From NCBI GenBank assembly GCA_003344405.1, contig NOWV01000239.1:62001-96801 (forward strand): a DNA stretch of 34,801 nucleotides, written 5' to 3'. Both the position numbers and the translations under genes were made by a program. Shown here in pieces: positions 23,205 through 34,801 of this stretch. The stretch comes from Trichoplax sp. H2 (Eukaryota). Below the pieces are notes generated by a model, which worked only from the letters and a program-made list of their open reading frames with translations, ran no database searches and was not told where the DNA came from. Within the stretch, counting starts at the first letter, position 1. The number at the start of each line of letters is the position of its first letter.

Positions 23205-23827
23205 TGTCACGAACTAGGAATAGCCTTAGCTTGCAACAAGGATTGAGAGAGTAATTTCTGTCCTATAACACTGTTATTCGGAATACCAGACAATTTGTAT
23301 TATCAGGCAGATAGAGTTTAACACTGCGAAACCTTCAAAACTTACTAGAAAATCACAATCTAGTTTTCTGTCAGCCAACTCGCCGTTTTTATAGGTTTTG
23401 GTACCTGAAACCGGTTTAACTACACAAGTCACTTCGACTATTAGAAATTAACCAAATTAATACCCTAAATGAATTCTATCTATACAGATTAGATACGGTC
23501 TAATCCTATTAAATTTACTGAGACAGTATTACGATAATCATTGCTTATTAATAGTATAACAGGTACATATAAAACTATCCTACTAAGGCATCTCCCTTAA
23601 ACTTAGGAATTGCACTTTGAACCTTGACAACTTTGGAGGTGATAGATACAATCCAGTTTAGCTGGTTGGCAATTACTATTTTAGTTTATGTAATCCTAAA
23701 TTAAGGATACCAACTGTTAAACTCTAAAATTATAATTAAGGAGACCGTGAAACATTTTTGAGATATAAATATATATAGAACATAACATAGAAATAAAGTT
23801 CACGTCACGAAGATTACTTTTGTGACA
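23205..23827 (+). mobile_element. Putative solo LTR, family E (623 bp)
   Basis: TGTCAC...GTGACA ends; the 3' end GTCACGAAGATTACTTTTGTGACA resembles the family A/B terminal hairpin. Flanks ACGAT/GTAAT do not match; single copy in the window. Confidence 0.55.
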
Positions 23828-23960
23828 GTAATGAATGTTATGTTAGAGGAAAAATGATTAGAATATGAGAATAGCAGTCTAGAATATATTTAACACTTTC
23901 TCAGATCTTTAGAGTTTTATCCATTTACGCCGTATCAAATAGAGATTTTAAATGATTTAT

Positions 23961-24400
23961 TGTCACAAACCAGTTACGTGACAAGGATAACGTAAAACAA
24001 ATCTCTAAATTACTATAGTTTCCGGGATTCAGTATCCCTTAACTACCTCACAAGAATTTAGACGCCTTTGATTCTACGTTAAAACAACTATACAATTGAG
24101 AACTGCTTTATTCAAATATCTGACGGGCTTATATACCCTTCTACAGCAGCTAACATTCACAAGTCATCTTATAAAAATACTTAGGTGAGAATATCTACTA
24201 ACTAATTTTTCACAGTCGGACTACAATATGTCCATTCACAGAATCATTTCAGGGCACATTACAGCACAGCATTAAATTTGCTGTAACACATTTATAATTA
24301 GAGTAATTCCTATTGTAAGTAACTAGTTGCAATATATATCACTATATTATATTCACCAAATTTAGATATCTATTTCTTCACGGTAGTTCGTACCGTGACA
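23961..24400 (-). mobile_element. Solo LTR, family A (short subtype, 440 bp)
   Basis: TGTCAC...GTGACA; TSD TTTAT on both sides; reverse complement of the 1195 and 32308 copies. Confidence 0.9.
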
Positions 24401-25216
24401 TTTATATATAACAAATTGTTTAAGGTTACCATAACAAAAGAAAGTAAATTTCAAATCTTGATATTCTGGTAACACAATGGTAAAGCAATATAGCTTAAAA
24501 TATTCGGAAACAAAAATTCATTACCGAAATGGTATTCAAATAGAAGAATCCGATGCGATGTTTTAGTAGCTTCAGATAATTTGCTTAAACTTTTTTTCTG
24601 AAGAGAAACAGAAAAGCTTCGTGACTCTACAATTGATAGATATATGACTATGATATAGTATTTTTTATAGCCCTAAAATTGGCGGTAGAAGAATTATATC
24701 GTATTATTTGCCTTCGTAGATAGTCATTTGAGTAACTTAAAAAAGTGCCAGGTAATCAAAATGAAGTATGCTTCAAATATCGTAATTAAAGGAAATCACA
24801 GTAAATTCAACATCTTACCAAAATTTGTTTTAAAAGTCAGTAGTAACGACTGTTTTCCTTCATTTCCGAATTCAATAATTTACCTAAATAATAAATAATA
24901 AATAATAAAGCAAGTGAGCACAAAAGACTTTTCAATACCCTAATTTCTGATTATACTCAAAGGCGCCATTAATTGAAAGAAGTCAAGAATGTTAAATCAA
25001 TAAATTAAACATCTCTAGGAGACTAATTTTAAAAGAATAATAAGTAATATCAGACCTTATTACTGATCAGGAGACATTTTATTGCGCCTCAATAAATTAA
25101 TAGACTACTACATATTACGATTAGAGCACTGATTTATGATTTCAATTAGATATTATAAAACTCAGCTACCATATCTTTCCGGTTATGACAACGTATAACC
25201 GATATACGTGTATAAT

Positions 25217-25711
25217 TGTCTTTGCGACAAGGTTCACGTAAAAAATCCATAAACGTCTTAAGGTTTCGGGATTCAGTAGCCCTTAACTACATACAAGAAT
25301 TTAGACACCTTTTATTTCAGCGTTACACAAACTAGTGAAGTGATTTTATTCAATGATCTGTCGAGCATAAATACCTTTTCGTAGTGGATAATATCGATGA
25401 ATCATCTTATAACAATAATTATCAATTTGAACATTTACTGACCCATTTCACATAATCGAACTACAGTATTTCTATTCATTGAGCTATTTTGATACACCTG
25501 CAATCTAGTTTTAGTCATAGTGACAGTTATTAGATCTTCTATTGTAATCAATTACTACTCAAGAATTGTATTGCAGTACAAAACCTAACTTAGTGTAGCA
25601 CATTATAACTTCAGTGATCCCTACTGTAAGCGACTAATTGCAATCATCATATATAAATATCGATTCGTCAAATTCAGTCTTCACTTCTTCACGGTAGTTC
25701 ATACCGCGACA
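25217..25711 (-). mobile_element. Solo LTR, family A (long subtype)
   Basis: TGTC(~10-nt deletion)TTTGCGACAAGG...CACGGTAGTTCATACCGCGACA; TSD ATAAT on both sides; colinear with 399-905. Confidence 0.85.
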
Positions 25712-27580
25712 ATAATATTTGCACAAACCTCAATAAAAATAACAGAAAATTCGTGAATTATAACTGCGTGCTGCAGTATTCACGGTCTCTCTTTAAACGT
25801 TACGGTAATTAAGATTCTAGATATAATTTAGATCATTCGTTTACTTGATAAAAGCATCTTCTTACATGGCCTCCTTTTACTCGGTACTGCATACCAGTTA
25901 CGAATATTAGTCAACAGGAAATCAAGGTAAAGGTTTCAGTAAATTTCTTAAGATTATGCCAAATAATTTTGTATAAAGTAGCCTATTTTTCTTTTAAGAT
26001 ATATACAACTTTCACATCAACTTCCAAAATTTCATATTTGTTGCTAAAATTTAAAGTCAATAAAATTAATTTGACCAATGATAATTGCAAAATTTCACAA
26101 TTCAAGGGAGAACATCATAATTTATCGTATATGTTAGAATATTTTCTAATTTTAATATCAATACATTATCATCAAATCTACAAAAGCAGGACAATAAATT
26201 CGTAGTTTTACAAAGGTATCTCCTTAATTTTATCTATTATTGAACTTGCTGGAAATTCTTACCGTTCATTTCGATTGAGTATCTTCGCTTATCAGAATTA
26301 TCGGTATACATTTATACTGCATAGATTTAATAATCATGCATTAGAAAACGGATTCTTTCGTTCATAGTTCAGGATATAAGCAGCTAGTTGCTTAGTAATT
26401 ATTATTGAATATTACAGTTGTATCTAATAACATTCGACTCTCCTAATGTCTACAAGTAATGTATTTGTGTTACGATTTAAATATAGTAAAGATAAAAATT
26501 GATGTTATTTACTTGAGTATTTATTAACAAATTTTAATGGAAAATTATTGGGATTATGTATACTTGTAACACTGCTAATGGAAATACGATTGAATTGTCA
26601 GTTGTAGGAAACTGTTTATAAGGAAAGTAATTAGTTAGAAACATATCGTTAATGGAAAGTTAGAGTGATATAATTAAAAAATGGCTGTTTTCTTACAGTA
26701 TTACTGGTCACAATCACAATTGTAACACTAAAAATTTTCTTAGACAATGTTGCAACTTAACTCTACGACAGAGAAATATACCATAAAATTCTGTAACTGT
26801 AGGCAATTGTAGACTTAAACGCTCTTTCACTAAACGTTAAGTACACGCAACAAAGTACAGTAAAGATGGAACTTTTATTAGCATAGAAACACCTACAACT
26901 TTTCATAACTAATTCTTACTCGAAATGCCCCGGTTTAAATAGGAACCGTCTAACTTATAAACAACACTAATATTATTATTATACCTTAATAGGAAAGACG
27001 CCTCGAACTGAAATGTTCGTTACATAACTTTTTAATCAGTAGATATTACTAACCTATTACTCAAACATAATCTTAATCTAAGCATGATTGTTATCTAATT
27101 TAACTGACATAAACTAGAGTTAATAAGTCTTACTACTACTTATGCACCCAATAATAATCAATAACAAAATGAAATTAACTATCATAAATAGTGTCCGCAT
27201 TAAGGCATTACTTATCTTACCTAGAATTACAATTACTAATATTTCAATATTGGCTACTACCTTACTATTAAGCTATCCTAACAGTAAATGTCCTGGCTTA
27301 CTATGTAAAGTTTCACTGCTCTTCTACCAATATTGTGTAGCTACGGTGTCTATAAACAATAACCGTAAGGTTAGACACTGCTACGTGACTAACTTTGCTT
27401 AACTTTATGGATAATTACCTATTCGTTTAGCGTAGCAAAATCTATAAGAAAGCTATTATAGAAAATACTTAAAAAGAAATAATAATTTCTTTCCTTGCGC
27501 CTATTTACAATATGCTCGCACAGTTTCTGAAATTTGTGAATAGATTACATTAAAATACCTGCAATATCAATTATCACAAT

Positions 27581-27745
27581 ATTTTAACGTGAAATATTCT
27601 TTATTACTAAAATTTAATGCAAGATATCAAATATCGTAACATTTTAACATAAAAACAACCATAGTTATTATATTTTAATGCAAAATACCGATTATATCCA
27701 TACTTTAATATGAAATATCTACTTTCACTATATTTTAATGTAATC
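27581..27745. repeat. Degenerate ~30-bp-period minisatellite (~5.5 units)
   Basis: ATTTTAA-like motif at 27581, 27611, 27641, 27672, 27702 and 27732. Confidence 0.7.
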
Positions 27746-28108
27746 TAATTCTATTTCTTCATCATAGTAGGTATCATGTCGTAACAGTCCGAGATAGTAT
27801 GACTGAATGTTTATTGTTGAATTGAATAACACGTGAAACAAATTAACAAGATTTTATCTCATAAAAATTTACGTTAAACTTACCTTCTAATGGCTATACA
27901 TTTTCAATACATTTTGATTATTCTTTGTGTACGGGTTAAGCTTGTTAAAAGTATTAAAGAGCTTGATAAATATGATTATCTAGTTAGAGATTAGGTTGAT
28001 AAAGCTTTAGTAAAAAAATTCTTTTATTTCAATGAAAGATTTTTTATCTAATTGAAACGATTCTTGAGTATTAAGTGACTAAGGTACTTTGATTGGATTT
28101 TAGACCAT

Positions 28109-28589
28109 TTTCATACACCAGCTTTGCGATAAGGTTTACGTAAAAAAAATCTGTAAATTTCTAAAGTTTTCGCGAATCAGCATCCCTTAACTACTTATTA
28201 AAACTAAGATACCTTTTACTTACAATTAGAGAACTGATATTATTTGATGATCTAGAGAACATAAATATCTTTCTGTAGTGGCTAACATTGATGAATCATC
28301 TTACAACAATAATTATCGACTCAATTTACATAATCTAACTATGGTATGTCCATTCATAGACTTATTTTAATGTACTTGGAATGTAGTAAGAATCATAATT
28401 AAAGAGACAAGAGTTTATTCTGCATTCAATTACTACGTAAGAATTGCATTGCAATATAAAATCTAATTTACTATAAAACATTCAACTTCTGTGATTCCTA
28501 CATTAAGCAACTAATTATAATCTCTATATATAAATATCAAGTCGATAAATTGAGTCATTTACTACGCTATGGTAGTTTATACCGTAACA
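28109..28589 (-). mobile_element. Degenerate solo LTR, family A (long subtype)
   Basis: Colinear with 399-905 and 25217-25711 ('ACCAGCTTTGCGATAAGG', 'GTGGCTAACATTGATGAATCATCTTACAACAATA', 'GGTAGTTTATACCGTAACA'); TSD decayed (ACCAT/ACTAC). Confidence 0.75.
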
Positions 28590-29546
28590 ACTACGTAAAT
28601 GAAATATCTAAGAAGAGATACCAATTCATTGCCCTAGTCACTTTAGGTAATAAAACAGGAAAAATTACCTAGTTGAAGTTGATATTGACTTCTTATCAAC
28701 AGATAAAATATAGCGAAAATCAATTCCCTCTCTCTGAACGCTATCTAGCAAGCAGAAATACCAAATCATATTAATATTACGAAAATTATATATTTTTTTA
28801 TTCACTGAGGAAGTCCAAGTGAGAATATGTTAAGGCGGACGTTCTAACTATTCCTTATTTATTTAATATTTTATCCGTGTGTACTCGTTGTTTGACGGTA
28901 CTGATCCTGAATAATAAGATTAACTAAGAATTATTCTATCACAAAGTAATTTAAACTACGCTTATTGCAGGTATTCTTAGTCTACTAAGGATTAGATTAT
29001 ATACTATAATCCGCTAGCGCATTCTAATTCTTTCTTAAGTTTAGATTCTTTTATTATAATTTGTGACAAATACCTAGATATCTTTATCAGTTTTTGCTAA
29101 CAGAATCTTTTTACTTTTGAACTTATGCAAGGGAGAGAAATCTAATCCAGGTTTTTGAAAAGTCAAAGAATTGCCAAAATATCAGTTGTAATCAATAATA
29201 CGTATTTTGGTCGGATTTTCATTCAAAGAGAAGAAGGTTTAAGGCCTTGAAGATATACAATACTGACGAAGCATACCTATAATACATAATTTTTTAATAA
29301 GTGCAAGAGAATTTTTCTAAAGCATTATCTTTCGAGAGAAGTATATTTTAAACAATTATCCTTAATCTTTCCACTTTTTCATTAATTTATTAAACATATA
29401 AGCAAAAAAGTTCCACATTCTTATAAATTTCGTCCTTACGTTACTTAAGCTTAAGGCATTTCTAGTAAATATTTCTAGATTGGGTAGTAATTTAAGCCAA
29501 GTTTAAATTTTAGTAACACCTTACAAAAGTTATAAAATAGTGCGTT

Positions 29547-30570
29547 ATGAATTCCAGAAATACAACGAATGATACAAGGATAAATGTATTCATAGTGGAT
29601 CAATATAATATCGCTATAATAAGCTGTTTCCTTTCTCTAATAATAAACATTGCGACGTTATCTTTAATAATCGGCAAAGCAAGATTACGAAATGTTTCCA
29701 ACGCAATAATTTGTAGCAGTTGCTTCTGTTGCTTATTTTATGCAATCATTGTGATAAGTAGCTTTATCATAAGGAGATCGGCAAACATTTCTGTTATAAA
29801 AGATATTGCTTCAATGTGCCTTCGGTCCCGTAACTGAAGTCACTTGTGCTTGCATAGTAAACTTTCATGTAACAGTGATAAGTTCTGAAAGATGTTGCAA
29901 AATTATTTATCCCTTCAAATATAAAAGACTAGCTACTACAAGGAATGTGAGTTTTATTATAATCCTGATTTGGCTTCTTCCAATTTTATTACTTTATATC
30001 TTAAATATCATCGTTTCCATTTCTCGACATGGTAGTTGCACAGTCTGGCATGAAATTGTTGGAATTGATAATTTTCTGGATCATATTATATTACCTATAA
30101 TATTATTCATACCTCCCGTAATTGTATTAATCACATATCTTATAATTATTTATAAATTAACCAAGATGCAACATAAAATTGGCTTAGAAATACCAACAAC
30201 TGGAAATCGACCGACTAAATCATCATTAATATTACAAAACAAGAAAGCCTTACTTCAAATGGTTTTAGTCTTAACTGTTTACATGTTGGCCGTATGTCCA
30301 TTCTTTATCATCCACATCGCATTTAGGGCCAATAATCATAAAGAAAATATTTTATACCGTAATATTGCCTATCTAAATGCAATGTGTTATCTTTGTTATC
30401 ATCCGATCTTTATCATTTGCTTCACTGTACCAATAAAAAATGAAGCTAAGAAAATCGTCACTGAATACTGTAATAGCAAGAATTTTTGTTGCCTATTCCA
30501 GTGCTACAGTAAAAATAAAGATCTTTCGAGACCTCATTTACGTACAACTACTTCGAATAGAAGTAAATGA
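29547..30570 (+). pseudogene. GPCR paralogue 6 with a single frameshift at ~29803-29806 (recent pseudogene or sequence error)
   Basis: Overlapping ORFs 29547-29837 (TM1-2) and 29806-30570 (TM3-7). Adding 2 nt in 'gatattg' gives 'KDILLQCAFG', colinear with paralogue 1 'KDIILYCVLG'. Confidence 0.88.
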
Positions 30571-32307
30571 AATCGCGATAACGCAAATCTTCCAATAACT
30601 GTCGAAACATATTTAAGAACGAAAAAGCAAGAATTATGATAGATGTAATATAAATATCAGTGCTTATTCAATCCATGAGCATCTATCAGCAGCTAAATGA
30701 TTTCAGATTCTATCTTATTGTAAGGATACAGAAACATTTATTTTATTTCGTTACCTATTATCACACATTACCATGTACTTTTACCATTTCAAGCATGTAT
30801 GATATGTAACGATAAACGTAATCACGAATTACTACAAAGTCATTTCAGATAATACTAGCTCTTAGCAAGCAGTAATATATTGATTTCATTTCCAATTTCA
30901 TCGAATGTATTTCGAATATAACATTATGCTAGCAAAACCGAATTTATTTCTACATATTTTTGCGAAATTTATAAAGGGTAAAAGATTCACGTTTTACCGT
31001 ACTTCGTCTTTAGAATGATCAGATTCTTTGGATTGGTAATTTGCTTACTAAATATGTATGTTCTTTGAAAATTTATTGATTTGCAGCCTGCAAATTTTGT
31101 ACTGATCAAAGGTATCCATGGTATTAATTTAAATTTATCGATATTGTGCAATTAGTAAGATAAAATGATTGCTAATAACTCTCCTTAAAACTTTTAAATT
31201 TTATATTAATTATCTGATGTAAAGATAGTGAACATTCAGATTAAACATATAGTATACTTTAGGAACTATTGCGTTTGATATCTTTAGCCGGTATTTCATG
31301 CAAAAGGTGTTAAATTAATTCCGAATGTTCTAACTTTCATAAAAATGGCAAAGCATAATAACACCCTTCCATTTTTGCATTCATAAAATCTGATAACATA
31401 TCAAAATGGTGATCTTAACATTGCAAAACTTTGCATATTTAATTAAAGATAAAGTATTTCAATGCCATATCAATTAGCTAGACCATATGGTAAGCAAATT
31501 TTATTGTTAATTATAAAGATTAATATCTTCGATGATAATACTGTATACATGGTATCTGTACAGCGAACTACGGTTACAGTAGTTGAGTGAATCTAATGGA
31601 TTTGTTAAACATTGTGAGAATGTACTACTGTTAATCAATATGTTAGCAGCAATCTACCGCTAGATGTATGATATAGGTCAATGTTGCTTAAATTAGACAA
31701 TATACAGCACGAGTATTTTAGGAGAAGCTAATTGTATAATCAGCTACCTGGAAATCTAATGAAATTCGATGTAACAACTATAAAATGGAAACTGTTTTTA
31801 ATTCGTGGTTACATAGTATGTTTTTTATACCAGACTAGCACCTAAAGTATTTCATCTTGCTTAGAATATGAAAAAACAAGATGCAATCTAATAGCAAAAA
31901 ATTTAAAATCAATATTCACAATTATAACGTAGCCGTAATTTTAAGTACGTAATGTAGCTGTAAGTTTTGAACGTGTAATAGTAATATGAATGAAGTTACA
32001 ACATAACGTAACATAGCCGGTACTTAATCAATAGAGTACCTTTAATTATACATGTGAACTTTAACTATTATAAAAAATAGCATACTTATACAACTTTTAT
32101 TACGCCTATATTTTGTTTAATTCCTTTCCCAAGAATATAGAAATACTTGTGTCTCCTATACCATCGAATTCGTAATAAAGTAATGTCTTAAAAAACTGTT
32201 AAACCAGGCGGCAAATTTTGTTCTAAATACGAAATTAATTAAATTCAAATAAGACTCTTAAATTATTAATCAAAAAATTTTATATTCTGTACTACATCAT
32301 ATCATAT

Positions 32308-32749
32308 TGTCACTGTACGAACTACCGTGAAGATATAGATATCTAAATTTGGTGAATATAATATAGAGATAATATATTACAACTATTTACTTACAATAGG
32401 AATTACTCTAATTATAAATGTGTTACAGTAAATTTAATGTTGTGCTGTAATGTGCACTGAAATGATTCTGTGAATGGACATATTGTAGTCCGACTGTGAA
32501 AAATTAGTTAGTAGATGTTCTCACCTCAGTACTTTTATAAGATAACTCGTGAATGTTAGCTGCTGTAGAAGGGTATATAAGCCTGTCAGATATTTGAATA
32601 AAGCAGTTCTCAATTGTCTAGTTGAGTTTAACGTAGAATCAAAGGCGTTTAGATTCTTGTGAGGTAGTTAAGGGATACTAAATCCCGGAGACTATAGAGA
32701 TTTAGAGATTTGTTTTACGTTATCCTTGTCACGAAGCTGGTTTGTGACA
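32308..32749 (+). mobile_element. Solo LTR, family A (short subtype, 442 bp)
   Basis: TGTCAC...GTGACA; TSD CATAT on both sides; internal GGGTATATAAG...GAATAAAG. Confidence 0.9.
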
Positions 32750-33278
32750 CATATGCCATCAAAAAATGACGACCTGAAGATCAACTCAGCTCTTTTTTAT
32801 ATCTTGTGACCAGCAAGTAAACTTTATCGAAAGAAAATTATGATAATATCATTTAATTAAAAGCAAATTAAAATTTTGAAATTGCAATACATAAAATAAT
32901 TCTATATTAGAAATATATCGGTAACATAATATATTGTACTAAACTAATGTTAATAGTAAGTTATTCAAATTTAAACGTTCCATAATTTTAATAAAATTGC
33001 TTTTAACTATCAGCCACCTATATTATGAAGTAAACTCCTGAATAACTAATATATAACAGACAGTAGCCATTAGAATATTAACCAAATTCCATCAGTTGAC
33101 TAAAAAATTGGCCCCAAGCTATCAGTCTAATACAGTCTGATACAGTAACAAACATACGCAAAGTTTTCTACTTTCTCAAGGAAATCATCAGGGTTTAAAT
33201 ACGTCCGTTCGAGGTCTGGCGCGAGACTGGACGCTTAAATGTCATAAATTCTTAAATTCTTAATTTAATTAAATATGA

Positions 33279-33907
33279 TGTCACAAAACAGCTTTGCAAC
33301 AAGATTACGTAATGCACGATCAATAAATCAATTCTTTGAATCACGTATCAAGGAACGATATCCGCACTATCAGAAACGCTTTTACTCTACTAACAGACTA
33401 CACAAAGACTTAGACGCCTCGTATTTTAAGTTAAACACTAAGTTTATGAATTAACTTTATTACGCGATATATTGCGTTTATATACTCTTCTTTGATAGTT
33501 CATGAGTCATAGTTAGTACAATTAACTTTGGAATCATTCACTAAATTAGACATTAATTTTAGCTACTGTTCCCTGATACAGACAACGGTATTTACGAGCA
33601 TAGACATCTAATTACTAATACAGAATAGTCAGATTATGATATGTCCTGTCACAGAATATTTCCACGATAATTTACAATCTATCATAAGCAAGTTACAATC
33701 ATAATGATTCGAACTGTAAGTAGATAATTCGCATTCCCTATTATTACTATTAAATTCAGTATATGTATATATGTTACAGTCACATAAAGCCAGTGCTATA
33801 TTAAAACACAGTATATCCAAATTAGAAGTTAGCTAAATAAAGATAGGCTAACAAAATTATCCTGACATAGATATTTCTTCTCTAGCATAGCATACAAGAC
33901 TGTCATA
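33279..33907 (-). mobile_element. Solo LTR, family B (629 bp)
   Basis: TSD TATGA on both sides; minus strand reads GAGTATATAAAC...AATAAAG (TATA box then polyA signal). Confidence 0.87.
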
Positions 33908-34000
33908 TATGATAATAAAATTGTATCAATATGAATATGTGTAATGAAGGCTAATTTTAAGAATTCTTCTTTAAGTTTTTATGTAACTTTAGTAAGTATT

Positions 34001-34164
34001 TGTGACCGTGTTATATACGGTATTAGAGTAGAAATATCTATGTCAGGATAATTTTGTTAGCCTATCCTTATTTAGTTAGCTTCTAATTTGAATATGCTGT
34101 GTTTTAATATAGCACTGAATTTTTATGACAGTGATACATATACACATACTGAAATTATTAGTTA
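34001..34164 (+). mobile_element. Family B LTR fragment (U3 end), interrupted by a family C element
   Basis: Reverse complement of ~33745-33907 and ~7785-7949; homology stops exactly at TGTATTGAAATG (34165). Confidence 0.82.
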
Positions 34165-34801
34165 TGTATTGAAATGAAAAGTGTAGAGATCAAGCTACGA
34201 AACTTTAACAAACTTTGATTCTACTTTCGTTCCACTCCGGTCGACTTAACGCTAATACTTTGACACCAAATAAAATTTGGGGAAATAACCGAACAACAAT
34301 TTATTACAAAACAAAATTGGAGAGAAATATAAACCGAACAACATTACAAATACTTAGCTTTAAGTATTATTAAAATAAATGACAGACTTAAAAACTGTCA
34401 ACGACCAAACAACCTTTCAAAAAAAGAAGAACGTTTTAACTTACTACAATTCGACCCCGATGGCCTTTTAAATTCAACAAGTTCTTCAAATAAAATCTTC
34501 TTCTACTCTCTCCCTAAATTTTCTAATTGCACTATCATTTATAGGCTTCGTAAAGCCGTCAGAGGTATTTAAAACTAAACATTTGCTAACCAATCGCTCT
34601 TAAGATCCGTTTTAGAAAACTACTTTGCACCATTTAAGAAAACAAAAATCATTCAAAGTTCAGACACAATTTACCCTACGATTCCCTTACAAAACACTAT
34701 AAAACTAACAAGCTAACTATAAAAATACATCAAACTTCATTTCTAACATAATTTCTATCATTAATACACTATAAAAGTCTAAAAATCAACCTTTAAACAT
34801 C
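34165..34801. mobile_element. Family C element (TGT-terminated, LTR-like), probably runs off the window end
   Basis: Starts TGTATTGAAATGAAAAGTGTAGAG; 34165-34543 is the reverse complement of 21625-21995; inserted inside a family B copy. Confidence 0.7.

Noticed and set aside
10057..27402. Remaining short ORFs (10057, 10451, 12793, 20303, 25969, 27142)
   Set aside because: Short, AT-biased composition, several non-ATG starts, and no recognisable domains.
27581..27745. CRISPR-like repeat/spacer appearance
   Set aside because: Eukaryotic context, short degenerate AT-rich repeats, spacers too short, and no cas genes.
33202..33233. GC-rich hairpin as a possible Helitron 3' end
   Set aside because: No CTRR terminus follows and there is no second copy.

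Overview
Very AT-rich eukaryotic (animal-like) genomic scaffold with a 20-N assembly gap; the style resembles a basal metazoan such as a placozoan, but that is only an impression. It holds a same-strand tandem array of six paralogous, intronless, divergent rhodopsin-like (class A) GPCR genes. Three are intact (2180-3247, 5506-6612, 19132-20199). Three are damaged: one by a 142-bp palindromic insertion plus a frameshift, one by 5' deletion at a repeat junction, and one by a single frameshift. A seventh, heavily decayed GPCR of a different type lies on the minus strand (~4310-5230). The intergenic DNA carries at least ten solo-LTR-like elements (TGT...ACA ends, TATA box then AATAAA; seven have perfect 5-bp TSDs) from several families, some nested. 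Families A, B and E share a terminal hairpin that is maintained through G-U wobble pairs. All alignments were done by eye.
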